A DNA stretch of 64,000 bases from Octopus sinensis (taxonomy: Eukaryota): positions 41,168,001 through 41,232,000 of the forward strand of contig NC_043004.1 in assembly GCF_006345805.1 (NCBI RefSeq), given 5' to 3'. The notes beneath the pieces are model-generated. The model ran no database searches and was not told the DNA's origin. It was given only the letters and a program-made list of their open reading frames with translations. Below, in pieces: positions 23,142-35,362 of this stretch. Made by a program: the position numbers and the translations under genes. The number at the start of each line of letters is the position of its first letter. Within the stretch, counting starts at the first letter, position 1.

Positions 23142-23721
23142 TCATAATTTACTGTCATGTTTTTGTATCTGACTCTCTGCCGATTTTTTACTGTTCCATA
23201 CAGGGGGGATAATCACAACAGGCCGACCCCGTTTTGGGTTCCACACCAGTCTCTGGGCACTGTTTGCATTCGGTGGGGAAAGAGCACAACGAGGTATTGG
23301 TATTTTCTCTTTGAGGATAATAGGCTGTTCTGGGAATTGAGGGCTGACTAACTTGGCACGTTCGCCAAGCTTCTTGTGTGGGTCAACAACAATTTCTAAG
23401 TTCATAGTCCAGTATATGTTCATCAGGATGTAAGATTTTCCTGTGGTCATGTTCCATGCAAGCAACCAAACATAGAAACTTTGGTTGCGAATGATATTGG
23501 TGAGATTTGGTTCTATTTGGTTTTCATTGGCTGGGTTTCGCCACGTTACATGTGGATGGAAATTGTCATTCATTACTAGTGTAGTTTCCTGTGTTTTTAA
23601 TGAAGGGCAATGAAAAACAACCGTTTCATCTCGAGCACCATACCATGGATAATAACAACCATCGCAGTCACTAATCATTGGCTGTTTATTGCTGGTTAGT
23701 TCTTGGAATTCCCAACTTGTA
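23142..23721 (-). CDS. FAM78: FAM78-family protein, terminal exon
   Basis: Acceptor ttttatttcag ending at 23722; reads [28 protein letters not shown]...[12 protein letters not shown]...[11 protein letters not shown]...[24 protein letters not shown]...HDSKL*. SWE, ISDxDG, YPWYG, MNDNF, RxQSF, PNANxAQ and IPP are FAM78A/B hallmarks. The ORF-track N-terminus (23722-23900) is intronic. Confidence 0.93.
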
Positions 23722-23907
23722 CTGAAATAAAACAAACAAAGGTACTTTAGTTTATGCATGGTGAGAGGATAACAGTACTTTAAAGGAAAGAAGTGGTTGT
23801 TAAAACAAAGACAAAATTTACAATGTCCAAACACAGATACTGCAAAAGTATCCTCAATGTATTTGACTTTATGAAAAAAATGAATATATTTTATCATCAT
23901 TTAACCT

Positions 23908-25085
23908 CTGTACCTGGCTTTCATTGACATGGAAAAAGCCTTTGACAGGGTCCCCCGATCCCTTATCTGGTGGTCAATGAGGTAACTAGGGATAGATGAA
24001 TGGTTAGTAAGAGCTGTGCAAGCCATATACAGGAATGCTGTCAGTAAGGTGAGGGTTGGCAATAAGTACAGTGAAGAATTCTAGGTAGAGGTAGGGGTCC
24101 ACCAAGGTTCAGTCCTCAGCCTCTTCCTATTTATCATAGTCCTCCAAGCAATAACAGAGGAATTCAAGATGGAATGCCCCTGGGAGCTCCTCTATGCTGA
24201 GGATCTTGCTCTAATTGCTGAGTCACTATTAGAAGTAGAGGAGAAGTTTCAAGTGTGGAAACAAGGATTAGAATCGAAGGGCCTTAGAGTCAACCTAGCT
24301 AAAACCAAAGTCCTAATAAGTAGGAAGGCAGACAAACCACAAATCTCTTCAGGTAGATGGCCCTGCTCGATCTGTAGAAAAGGCATAGGTAGAAACTCTA
24401 TAAGATGTACCCAGTGTAAGCTATGGACACATAAAAAGTGCAGCAATATCAAAGGAAGGCTAACTGGGAAGATAGTTTTTGTATGTGGCAGATACTCAGG
24501 AGCAATAAACACTGAAAATGCGTAGAGAACAACTTCCACCACATTCCAAGGAGAAAAACTAGAAGTAGTTGATAGCTTCCATTACCTCGGTGACCAAGTC
24601 AGTAGCAGGGGAGGGTGTGCTGAAAGTGTAACTGCTAGAATAAGAAAAGCTTGGGTAAAGTTCAGAGAGCTCTTACCTCTGCTGGTGACAAAGAGCCTCT
24701 TGCTCAGAGTAGAAGGTAGACTGTATGACGCATGTGTATGAACAGCCATGCTACACGGCAGTGAAACATGGGCCGTGACTGCTCAGGAGATGCGTAAGCT
24801 CACAAGGAATGGAGCCAGTATGATCCAATGGATGTGTAATGTCAGTGTGCATACTCGACAGAGTGTAAGTACCTTGAGAGAAAATTGACCTAAGAAGCAT
24901 CAGTTGTGGTATGTAAGAGAGACAACTGCGCTGGTATGGACATGTGGTGAGAATGGATGAAGATAGCTGTGTGAAAAAGTGCCACACCCTAGCAGTTGAG
25001 GGAACCTGTGGAAGAGGTAGACCCAAGAAGACCTGGGATGAGGTGGTGAAGCACAACCTTCGAACATTAGGCCTCACTGAGTCAA
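23908..25085 (+). mobile_element. RTE-clade LINE fragment with Cys/His finger insert, in FAM78 intron
   Basis: DMEKAFDRVP, GVHQGSVLS, ELLYAEDL, VNLAKTK, WPCSICRKG..RCTQCKLWTHKKCS..FVCGR, LHGSETW, GRGRPKKTW. Confidence 0.9.
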
Positions 25086-25086
25086 T

Positions 25087-25256
25087 GAACTCAATGAAAA
25101 TCAGAAACAGCAACGTTTGGAAGTCTGCATTATGCTACTTTCTCATCACAAAAATGAATCATTTTTTAATCAAATTCTAACATGTGATGAGAAATGGATC
25201 CAATAAAAGAACTGTAAATGCTCAGCACAATGGTTGGAAAAAGATGAGTCACCAAA
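25087..25256 (+). mobile_element. mariner transposase fragment
   Basis: ELNENQKQQRLEVCIMLL...FFNQILTCDEKWI (TxDEKW first-D motif). Confidence 0.8.
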
Positions 25257-25393
25257 ATACATTCTACATTCTAAATGTAGAAGAATATATGTATATATTT
25301 GATTCTGTGAGTGGTTATTAATTATGTTCCTCTAATTTCTGCTTGCATTGCCTCTATTCAGATTATTAAGCGGTATATATGTATATATACACA

Positions 25394-25439
<46 letters not shown>

Positions 25440-25599
25440 CATACATATACATATATACATACATATATAACGGGAAGCTTTATGAAAATAAACAAAAGAC
25501 GAAGGCAGGTGGAATACAAACAAACAATTGTATTAGTATGGCGCTCAGGAATATAAATAAAAAATATACATATATACATACATATACATATATGATGGC

Positions 25600-25855
25600 C
25601 GTCCACTCGTGACCGAGGAAGACCATTGCCGACCTTCAGGAACATGGTGCGCTCTAGGACTAACTTATATTTTGCATTTGCGGCTCCGTTGGTGGCTAAT
25701 GAGCCCTGCTCTTGACAAGCATACACGACTGCAAACATTGCAGACCAAGCTTTCCTCATTCACTATACGAGCCGTGCGCTTTCGCGCAGCTCGCTTAAGT
25801 TCTTCGTGCTGGATACGTGCTCTCTCAAAAGTGTCGATCCCCTCCTTAACCTGTA
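25600..25855 (-). mobile_element. RTE/BovB-type LINE 3' end with one C2H2-like finger
   Basis: [24 protein letters not shown]...LVCNVCSRVCLSRAGLISHQRS. Confidence 0.82.
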
Positions 25856-26175
25856 ATACATACATATACATATATACATACATATACATATATACGTACA
25901 TATACATATATACGTACATATACATATATATATGTATATAGACATACATATATATGTACACATATATATATACATATATATATATACATATATATACATA
26001 TATATATACATATATATGTATATAGACATATAATAATATTAGGGAGTAAATCCAAACTTACAGGGAAAAATTAGATTTAAGATTAAATCTAATTTTATAG
26101 TATATAGTATATCTCTAATTTGGCTAGCATGGAAAGTGGACGTTAAACGATGATGATGATGATGACATATATATA

Positions 26176-26493
26176 TATATATATATCACCGTGATCACCG
26201 TGACCGACCAGGCTATCAGATGTTGTTACACATCACTGGTCACAATGCGTTTGCATTGCTTTAGCCTTCGAATGACGCCACCCCGCTGGCTAAGCGAGCA
26301 GGCCAACAGAAGAAAGAGTGAGAGAAAGAGTGGTGAAGGAGTACAGGAGGGATCACCACCCCCTGCCGGAGCGTCGTGGAGCTTTAAGGTGTTTTCGCTC
26401 AATAAACACACACAACGCCCGGTCTGGGAATCAAAACCGCAATCCTACGACCGCGAGTCCGCTGCCCTAACCACTGGGCCATTGTGCCTCCAC
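26176..26493 (-). mobile_element. SINE family B, full length
   Basis: tRNA-like head; tail ...ctggtcggtcacggtgatcacggtgat. Confidence 0.88.
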
Positions 26494-26543
<50 letters not shown>

Positions 26544-26688
26544 TATATATATGTATACATATATATGTATGTATGTATGTGTATATATATACATATATAT
26601 ATATGTATGTATGTATGTGTATATATATACATATATATATGCATATATATATGTGTATATAAATATACATATATATATATATAGTGTA

Positions 26689-26720
<32 letters not shown>

Positions 26721-26871
26721 TGTGTATATATATATATATGTGTATATATATATATATAATATATATATATATGTGTGTGTATATATATATATATGTATAT
26801 ATATATATGTATATATATATATGTGTGTATATATATATATGTTATATATTATATATATATGTGTGTATGTG

Positions 26872-26903
<32 letters not shown>

Positions 26904-26920
26904 TATATATATATGTATCT
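26494..26920. repeat. (TA)n-rich compound microsatellite
   Basis: About 420 bp of TA/TG repeats. Confidence 0.95.
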
Positions 26921-26921
26921 C

Positions 26922-27123
26922 TTTTACTCTTTTGTTTCAGTCATTTGACTGTGGTCATACTGGAGCACTGCCTTTAGTTGAGCAAATCGACCTCAGGACT
27001 TATTCTTTGTAAGCCTAGTACTTATTCTATTGGTCTCTTTTGCCGAACTGCTAAGTTACAGGGACGCAAACACACCACCATTAGTTGTCAAGTGATGTTG
27101 CGGGGACAAACACAGAAGCACAA

Positions 27124-27160
<37 letters not shown>

Positions 27161-27333
27161 TATATACAGATATACAACAGGCTTCTGTCAATTTCCGCCT
27201 ACCAAATCCACTCACAAGGCTTTGGTATGCCCGAGGCTATAGTAGAAGACACTTGCCCAAGGTGCCAAGCAGTGGGGGTGAACACAGAAACATGTGGTTG
27301 GTAAGCAAGCTACTTACCACACAGCCACTCCTG
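26922..27333 (-). mobile_element. SINE family A
   Basis: Full reverse copy. Confidence 0.87.
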
Positions 27334-27399
27334 TAAAATTTCAAAAATATTTAAATGTACAGGTGACAGTATGTAGGCATGATACACAAGGTCTAATCT

Positions 27400-27900
27400 A
27401 TTATTAACCAGGTTGCTCTTGTCCCTATACTTAAAAATTTCATAAGTTTCCATAGAGTTCGTGGAGCATGTTAAAAGCATATGTCAATTAGTAAACAAAT
27501 GTGACAGACCCAATTGTGGGATATGCGTCAATTTAATTGAGGGAACAGAGTCTTCCTTCAAACAGGGACAACGTTTCACAGTGAAAAGTAGCTTCACATG
27601 TGCTTCAGAAAACCTGATATATGCACTAACCTGCTCTGGGTGTCAAGAGCAATACATAGAGCAAATAAAAAACAGTCTATGTCAAAGGATAGCTGTACAC
27701 AGATACCAGATAAAAATTCTGAAAAACAGAAAAGTGGCATTCAACTAACACATCGACATTTGCGCCAATAACAAAAATCCAAGCTTCAGAATCTTTCCCC
27801 TCTATCAATTCAGGGATGATACAACCTGTAGCCAATGAATTAGTAAAGAGTCGTTCTTTATCACAAAATACAGACCCCTTTTGAACATATCTACAACAAA
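27400..27900 (+). mobile_element. Penelope-like element, GIY-YIG endonuclease remnant
   Basis: KCDRPNCGIC...FTVKSSFTCASENLIYALTCSGCQEQYIEQ...RIAVHRYQI...HIDIC...PSFRIFP, the Cys-rich linker plus xIY..YIG pattern of PLE endonucleases; contains stops. Confidence 0.85.
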
Positions 27901-28889
27901 TGACATATCCACCATGACCTTAGAATAACACACAAGCAAATATTAAAAATGATACATTTAAAAGAGATACCCAAGAATTCATTTAAAACAGTCCCAATCA
28001 CTACTATAATCCACAAGGAACCACTTTTAGGTCACTTGACTATTTAACATCCTACTACTATCATACCACTTCTGTTTTCTTTTATTATTCTTTCTCTTCT
28101 TCTCCATCCCCTTCTTCGTCTTCTTCTTCTTCCTTACTTTACTACTACTGCTGTTTAGAATAACACCCATGCAAATATTAAAAACAATACATTCAAAAGA
28201 TATATCTCAAGAATTCAATCACTACTACCATCCACAACAAGTCACTTTCAGGGCACTCCCACATTCTCTTCTTCTTCTTCTTTGCCAAAAATTCACAATG
28301 ACCTCAAATCCACAAGAGTAAGCAGAAGAGACAGAGACAGGTAGAAACAAGGAAAATGCCCCTTGTATTTGAATACTATGCAAATATTCTTTTAAAAAAA
28401 CTTTTCATTTAATTTTTCCAAAATTTAATTGTCTTCCATACTTACAGTTGAAAAAGTCTCAATGACTGAAACCAATACTAGAATGTTTTTTATGATAAAA
28501 TTATTTTAGCATTTTCTACCTTGACTTTTTTTCTTTATATACATACATACCCCACCCGGTCTTTCCCCACTCTCGCCTCCCCCACCTCCCAACAACATCA
28601 CACCACACCACACATTACACATCACATCACAACACACCACCCACACACCCATCCCCACATTTTCACACCTACACATACATACACGCACCCGCCCAGACCA
28701 CTAGCCCTCTTTCACATGCACATACATACTCTCTTATACACACACGCACCTTCGTGTTGGGAGTCATCTTTGCCTTGTTATCTCCTCTACTTTCCTTCTC
28801 ATGTGTGACCCTTCTGTCCGGCACTAGTCGCCATGATAGATCGTTAGCCACTACACACATTTTTTTCTCTCCTTGTTTTTTCTGTGTCC

Positions 28890-28925
28890 CTTTCTGTAGA
28901 AGAACGTAGGCTCGAAACGTAAAAG
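28890..28925 (+). ncRNA. minimal hammerhead motif, copy 1 (stem II mismatch)
   Basis: cttt-CTGTAGA-A-gaac-gtag-gctc-GAAA-CGT-A-aaag. Confidence 0.5.
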
Positions 28926-29043
28926 ACTTTTTCTATTCCTGAGCATTATACTAATACATCTGTTTGTTTTGTACACCACATGTCATCGTCTTTTGTTTTT
29001 TTCGTAAACTCTCCCTGTATATATATATATATATATTATATAT

Positions 29044-29074
<31 letters not shown>

Positions 29075-29094
29075 CTCCTTGTTTTTTCTGTGTC

Positions 29095-29132
29095 TCTTTC
29101 TGTAGAAGAGCGTAGGCTCGAAACGTAAAAGA
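29095..29132 (+). ncRNA. minimal hammerhead motif, copy 2
   Basis: tcttt-CTGTAGA-A-GAGC-gtag-GCTC-GAAA-CGT-A-aaaga: stems I and II perfectly paired; core has U at position 6. Confidence 0.6.
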
Positions 29133-29284
29133 CTTTTTCTATTCCTGAGCGTTATACTAATACAACTGTTTGTTTTGTACACCACCTGTCATCGTCTTTT
29201 GTTTTTTTCGTAAACTTTCCTATACACATATATGTGTGTGTGTGTGTGTGTATATGTATATGTATATGTGTGTGTGTGTGTGTC

Positions 29285-29330
<46 letters not shown>

Positions 29331-29486
29331 TATCTTAATTTATAAAATCCGTTCCATCTGTCTGTCTGTGCGCTTATAACTTGAGTAGTGTTCATCCTAT
29401 TGTGTTGAAATCTTAAACATGGATACAAGAGAGAGCTAGGCGTTCCATAATCTCTCACTGTATATATATATATATATATTATATAT

Positions 29487-29517
<31 letters not shown>

Positions 29518-29537
29518 CTCCTTGTTTTTTCTGTGTC

Positions 29538-29575
29538 TCTTTCTGTAGAAGAGCGTAGGCTCGAAACGTAAAAGA
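29538..29575 (+). ncRNA. minimal hammerhead motif, copy 3
   Basis: Identical to copy 2, 443 bp downstream. Confidence 0.6.
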
Positions 29576-29722
29576 CTTTTTCTATTCCTGAGCGTTATAC
29601 TAATACAACTGTTTGTTTTGTACACCACCTGTCATCGTCTTTTGTTTTTTCGTAAACTTTCCTATACACATATATGTGTGTGTGTGTGTGTGTATATGTA
29701 TATGTATATGTGTGTGTGTGTC

Positions 29723-29757
<35 letters not shown>

Positions 29758-29909
29758 GCATATCTTAATTTATAAAATCCGTTCCATCTGTCTGTCTGTG
29801 CGCTTATAACTTGAGTAGTGTTCATCCTATTGTGTTGAAATCTTAAACATGGATACAAGAGAGAGCTAGGCGTTCCATAATCTCTCACTGTATATATGTA
29901 TATATATAT

Positions 29910-29941
<32 letters not shown>

Positions 29942-29944
29942 CTG

Positions 29945-30228
29945 GCATGCCATTGTTTACAATGACAAGGGTTCCAGTTGATCTGATAGATAAAACAGCC
30001 TACTCAAGAAATTAGCATGCAAGTAGCTGAGCACTCCACAGACACACAGTCTTTTAACGCAGTTGTGATGCAGAATGTGACAAGGTGGGCACCTTTGAAT
30101 GACAGGTACAGCTCACTTTTACCAGTTGAGTGGACTGGAGGAACAAGAAATAAAGTGAACACAACATGCAGCCAGGAATTGAACTCACGACCTCACAATT
30201 GTGATCTGATTACTCTAACCACTAAGCT
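29945..30228 (-). mobile_element. tRNA-derived SINE family G
   Basis: Reverse head with gagttcaattcc and gagtggactggag...aaataaagtg; related to 31198 and 62632. Confidence 0.65.
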
Positions 30229-31197
30229 GCTCACACAAACACACACGCGCGCACACATACACATGCACACACTCACTCACACACATGTCATAACTTCAAC
30301 AGCTGTCTTTTGCAGTAGTCTCAGATTGACCGATGCCTTGTGAATGGAATTTTGAAGACAAAGCTGTATGGTAACTTACAGATAAGAATTTATGTATGCA
30401 TGGCCATTTGGTTAAGAAGTTCGCTTCATAACCACATGGTTTCAGGTTCAATCCCACCAGACAGTACCTTGGGCAAATGTCTTATTCTAACTCTGTCATG
30501 CGAGAGAATTTTGTAAATGAAAACTGTATGGAAGGCCATAGTGTGTGTGTGTGTGTGTGCGTGCATGTGTGCGCGTGCGTGTGTGTGTGTGTGTGTGTGT
30601 GTCTCACTGCTTGACAACTGGTGTAGGCTTGTCTGTGTCCCAATAACTTAGCAGTTTTACAAAAAGAGACCGATAAAAAAGGCATCAGACTTATTAAGTA
30701 GTGCAATTGAATCTGTTGAATGTGTAAGTGCAAGCATAGCCTTAGCCAATGTACAGCATCTACTTCTATAATAAGTCCAAATATTTTATTCTTGATTTTA
30801 ACTGAAAAAAAAAATAAATAAACTGGGATACAACTTATACATGGACTAAAACTATAAAAGGAAAAAAAAATTTGCACCAAGATTTAACACTAAATTATGG
30901 ATGTAACTTATATATGATAAAATATGGTATATTACCATCCAAAAAAATGCTAATAGTGTATGTCAGATGGTAACCATAAAATAAACTGAATGACTATCAA
31001 GATGGGATCTTAAAGGACTGTGAATATTTCATTAATTAAACTGTGTCGCTCAATCTCAAGAATAATACAACCAGTTTATATTCTGTTTCATAATAATTCA
31101 AATTACTTGGGCAGCAAGTTTGTAAAATTGATGGTGCATCAGAAATAATGTTTAATGGCATTTCTTGTGGTTCTTTATATTCTGATTTCATATTCTA

Positions 31198-31545
31198 CTG
31201 AGGTTGACTTTGCTGAGACGCCCTTTGGTCATGACTGACCATGGGATTGCACCTAGAAAGTTACCCTCCCAGGCACAAGTCTGGGCAAGGTTGTTTATGG
31301 AAGACCAGCAGTCGCTCAGCATACCAGCCTCCCTTCTCCATGCCACCGATGTTATCCAAGGGAAAGGCAAAGACCGATACAGCTTGGCACCTGTGACGTC
31401 GCAACTCATTTCTACAGCTGAGTGAACTGAAGCAACGAGAAATAAAGTGTCTTGCTCAAGAACACAACATGCAGCCTGGTCTGGGATTCGAACTCACAAC
31501 CTCACGATCATAAGCTCAATGCTCTAACTACCGAGCCATGCACCT
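31198..31545 (-). mobile_element. SINE family G
   Basis: Minus strand ggctcggtagttagagc...gagttcgaatccc...gtgttcttgagcaagacacttt (CORE-like). Confidence 0.78.
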
Positions 31546-31694
31546 TCACTTTACCTTTACCTTTCATTATTTTGTGGTTGATAAAATAAATACCAGTTAA
31601 GCACTGGGGTTGATGTAATCAGCTAAACCTTTCCCTTGAAGTTGCTGGCCTTGTGACAAAGTTTGAAACCAATAATTTAAATTACTGAAGAACA

Positions 31695-32070
31695 TAGGTG
31701 CAGGAGTGGCTGTGTGGTAAGTAGCTTGCTTATCAACCACAAAGTTCCGGGTTCAGTCCCACTCCATGGCACCTTGGGCAAATGTCTTCTATTATAGCCT
31801 CGGACTGACGAAAGCCCTGAGAGTGGATTTGGTAGACAGAAACTGGAAGAAGCCCATCGTGTATATATGTGTGTGTAAATATATATGTGTTTGTGTGTCT
31901 GAGTTTGTCCCCCACCCCCACCATTGCTTGACAAACCGATGTTGTAACTTAGTGGTTTGGCAAAAGAGACCAATAGAATAAGTACTAGGCTTACAAAGAA
32001 TAAGTCCTGGGGTTGATTTCTTTGACTAACGGTGGTGCTCCAGCATAGCCACAGTCAAATGACTGAAACA
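31695..32070 (+). mobile_element. SINE family A
   Basis: Full copy. Confidence 0.87.
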
Positions 32071-32789
32071 AAAAAAAACAACAAAAAAACATGCCAAAAA
32101 TATTACGTCGAAGACATTATTTATAGCAGTGTAATGATGATATCTTTTGTTTACTGTTATTAAAAGTACTATGTATTGGTCTGATGGGGAAAAAACCCCC
32201 AAAAAACATCAGGATAAGACTTTTGAATAGCACTTTCAAATGAAGTCACAGCAGTCAGGACTGTCATTCACATGTGGGTCCCTATAGCCACAGGATATGC
32301 TGTTCTACCAACATGTGCAGATCCATGGTCTTGCTAACCTGACAGTTGCCTCCAATATTTGTCTGGTTGGTTTATTAATTTCATTTCAATCAGTTACTTT
32401 TAATCGTTAAAATAATTTCAACACATAAATGTAGAACTTTATTTCGAGTACACATCGTCCAACCCATGCTAGCATGGAAAGTGGATGTTAAATGATGATG
32501 ATGATAATGATGATGATCTGTTAGAAGTAACCAAGTTTGTTGCTGTTACCATGTCAACGAAATGAAAGTGAACACCACTGCCAGTTGAACAGAAAAAGTA
32601 AGATTTTACAACATCTGGAGCATGGTGAAAAAACAAAGATTTCATATGGGAAAAATCAACAGTGTTCAGAATCAAGACAGCCTTGACTGGTGACTGGGAA
32701 ATACTCAGCCACTTTGATTGCATTAAAAAGAAAGTCGATGGAAGTCTGGGAAAGTACAGATGCTAAGGATATTTTTTCCTTCTTGAGCC

Positions 32790-33027
32790 ATGCCTGGCTC
32801 ATAAGGGCTGGTTTCCAGTCCGTCGCAGGTGAGCTGCAAGATGTAGGAAGAAAGAGTGAGAGAAAGTTGTGGCGAAAGAGTCAGCAGAAGTTCGCCATTA
32901 CCTTATGCCAGAGCCATGTGGAACTTAGGTGTTTCACTCATAAACACACATCACCCGGTCTGAGATTTGAACCCTCGATCCCTCGACCGCGAGTCCGCTG
33001 CTCTAACCACTAGGCCATGTGCCTCCA
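32790..33027 (-). mobile_element. SINE family B-related copy
   Basis: Same head (ggaggcacatggcctagtggttagagcagcggactcgcgg). Confidence 0.8.
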
Positions 33028-33461
33028 GTATGCTAAGGATATAAAATGGAATGATATACTGATACCCCCCTCCCCAGTGCCCATTAGCAAAGCTGCTGAC
33101 AGTTTGAAACTTTTCATGGAGTGGCATGTTGAACAAGAGGAAGCCAATATTAAGTTGATACCTCTTAGTCAAATGTTACAGCTAGTAAAATATAAGGAAC
33201 AAGCACCTGAAGTAACAGCAACTGGATATTTTCTTTGCAAAATAATGATCAACCACCACCTCAATTAATTTTATTTACATGAACTTACCATTTTCAATGA
33301 TCTCTGTGAACTCCTTGTACAAGTACATATTTTATAATTACGAAGACATATTATGTGATTCTGTTTGTTAAATATTATGAATTGTTAAGCAATATCCTGT
33401 GTCTGTGGACATTTTATTGATTGAATAGCTCAAAATGTTTGTTTGTAGGCTTCCTAGTGAG

Positions 33462-33700
33462 GTCATTGCCAGTACCACCTGACTGCCCCCCCCCCGTGCC
33501 GGTGGCACGTAAAAAGCACCCACTACACTTTCAGAGTGGTTGGCATTAGGAAGGGCATCCAGCTGTAGAAATTCTGCCAGATCAAGACTGGAGCCTGGTG
33601 CAGCCATCTGGTTGCCAGCCCTCAGTCAAAATCGTCCAACCCATGCTAGCATGGAAAACGGACGTTAAACGATGATGATGATGATGATGATGATTGATGA
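33462..33700 (+). mobile_element. SINE-like family D
   Basis: Ends with a long (gat)n. Confidence 0.85.
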
Positions 33701-33899
33701 TGTTTAGACCAAACAAAATGCTTCCTGCCTTCCTTGTTTAGATAACTGGGACAAAGTATCTTTTGAAGAGATGTGACTTTTGAACAAAATCACAGGCTGA
33801 TCTATTGACTTTACCAATCTTTGATGATTATAAGTGATGATAACAAATTATTTTCAGTATTAGAATGAGGAAAAAGAAAATGTTTAGTATTGTCATTTA

Positions 33900-34119
33900 T
33901 TAACCCTTCAGCATGTGCAGATTTATTAACCCTTCAACATGTGCAGATCCATGGTCTTGCTAACCTGATAGTTGCCCCCAATATTTGTCTGGTTGGTTTA
34001 TTAATTTCATTTCAATCAGTTACTTTTAATCGTTAAAATAATTTCAACACATAAATGTAGAACTTTATTTTGAGTACATATCATCCAACCCATGCTAGCA
34101 TGGAAAGCAGATGTTAAAC

Positions 34120-34155
<36 letters not shown>

Positions 34156-34410
34156 CTGTTAGAAGTAACCAAGTTTGTTGCTGTTACCATGTCAACGAAA
34201 TGAAAGTGAACACCACTGGTCATATCTGGACAAAATATTCTACCTGTTTTATATTTTTATATACAAACTGGCCACATCTAGCCTCTTACACCTGTCCTAC
34301 ATTGTCATTCCAAAAATAAGCAATCATATCAAAATCTCAAAGCTACAAGATAATGCATGATGAATTCAAGCATTACATTAGATGAAATAATCTGAATGCT
34401 AAATGGTTAA
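33900..34410. mobile_element. MITE family F carrying an about 285-bp templated insertion
   Basis: ttaacccttcagcatgt...[copy of 32309-32580]...ggtcatatctgg...gctaaatggttaa. Confidence 0.7.
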
Positions 34411-34945
34411 ATCAACAAGATATTGTACTTTAGAAGAATTTATTTAGAAGTGGTAACTTTATCAAAAAAACTTCACTTTAGTACTGTCAATATTTTTCAT
34501 GAAGAGTGAGATATTTGATCCAATACAATTCACATGATGTTATTGTTGTTGTTGCTGTGACATCTTTATCATCTCCACTTAATCAGCCTTATGATATGGA
34601 GATAGCTAATCAAACGAAATGTTCTTTCAATGTTCAACAAATACTTGATTGGGGTACCAAAAGGTCATCTTCAGTTTGATGGCTGGCCTAATCTTGATCA
34701 GTAATAGTGTCCTAAGATTTTGATGCTACAAACAGGTGATCCTTAATTTCAGAATGATAGGGTACTTATTGAAGAACATTTTAGCCTGTTATACTGACAA
34801 AACAGCTGTACAGAAACTCCCTTATAGGCTCTATCATCTGAACATTGTTAAATTGTTAAGGACAGTGCTATCTTAAGCCATGGGCAGACTGGGTAGTTAA
34901 CTGGGGGCTTCACAGGCCTAAGGGCCCTATGTGTTGATTTGCTCA

Positions 34946-35362
34946 GGAGCGTAGGACTGGCTATGTGGTAAGTAGCTTGCTTACAAACCACATGGTTCTG
35001 GGTTCAGTCCCACTGTGTGGCACCTTGGGCAAGTGTCTTCTACTATAGCCTCGGGCCGACCAAAGCTTTGTGAGTGGATTTGGTAGACGGAAACTGAAAG
35101 AAGCCCATCGTATATATGTTTATATATATATGTGTGTGTATATGTTTGTGTGTCTGTGTTTGTCCCCTCAACATTGCTTGACAACTGATGCTGGTGTGTT
35201 TACGTCCTCGTAACTTAGTGGTTCAGCAAAACAGACCACTAGAATAAGTACTAGGCTTACAAAGAATAAGTCCTGGGGTCAATTTGCTTGACTAAAGGCG
35301 GTGCTCCAGCATGGCCGCAGTCAAATGACTGAAACAAGTAAAAGAGTAAAAGAGTAAAAGAG
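34946..35362 (+). mobile_element. SINE family A
   Basis: Full copy with (gagtaaaa)n tail. Confidence 0.88.

Larger units (their letters stand above)
29030..29900. repeat. about 443-bp near-exact tandem duplication
   Basis: Hammerhead unit plus (TG/TA)n plus tatcttaatttataaaatccg... block occurs twice at a 443-bp offset. Confidence 0.9.

Noticed and set aside
23722-23900. N-terminal 60 aa of the 252-aa ORF (MMIKYIHFF...)
   Set aside because: Lies upstream of a strong acceptor and has no FAM78 similarity; the in-frame exon at 57180-57293 supplies the true upstream sequence.
28445-28480. ttGAAAAAGTCtcaatGACtGAAACC as a degenerate hammerhead (similarly CTGAAGAAGGC...GACCttGGAAC at about 47728-47765)
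   Set aside because: Core nucleotides are mutated and stem I cannot be formed; not supportable.
28860-29900. Repeated units as a CRISPR-like array
   Set aside because: Eukaryotic context; units are long tandem duplications of a retroelement end without unique equal-length spacers, and no cas genes are present.
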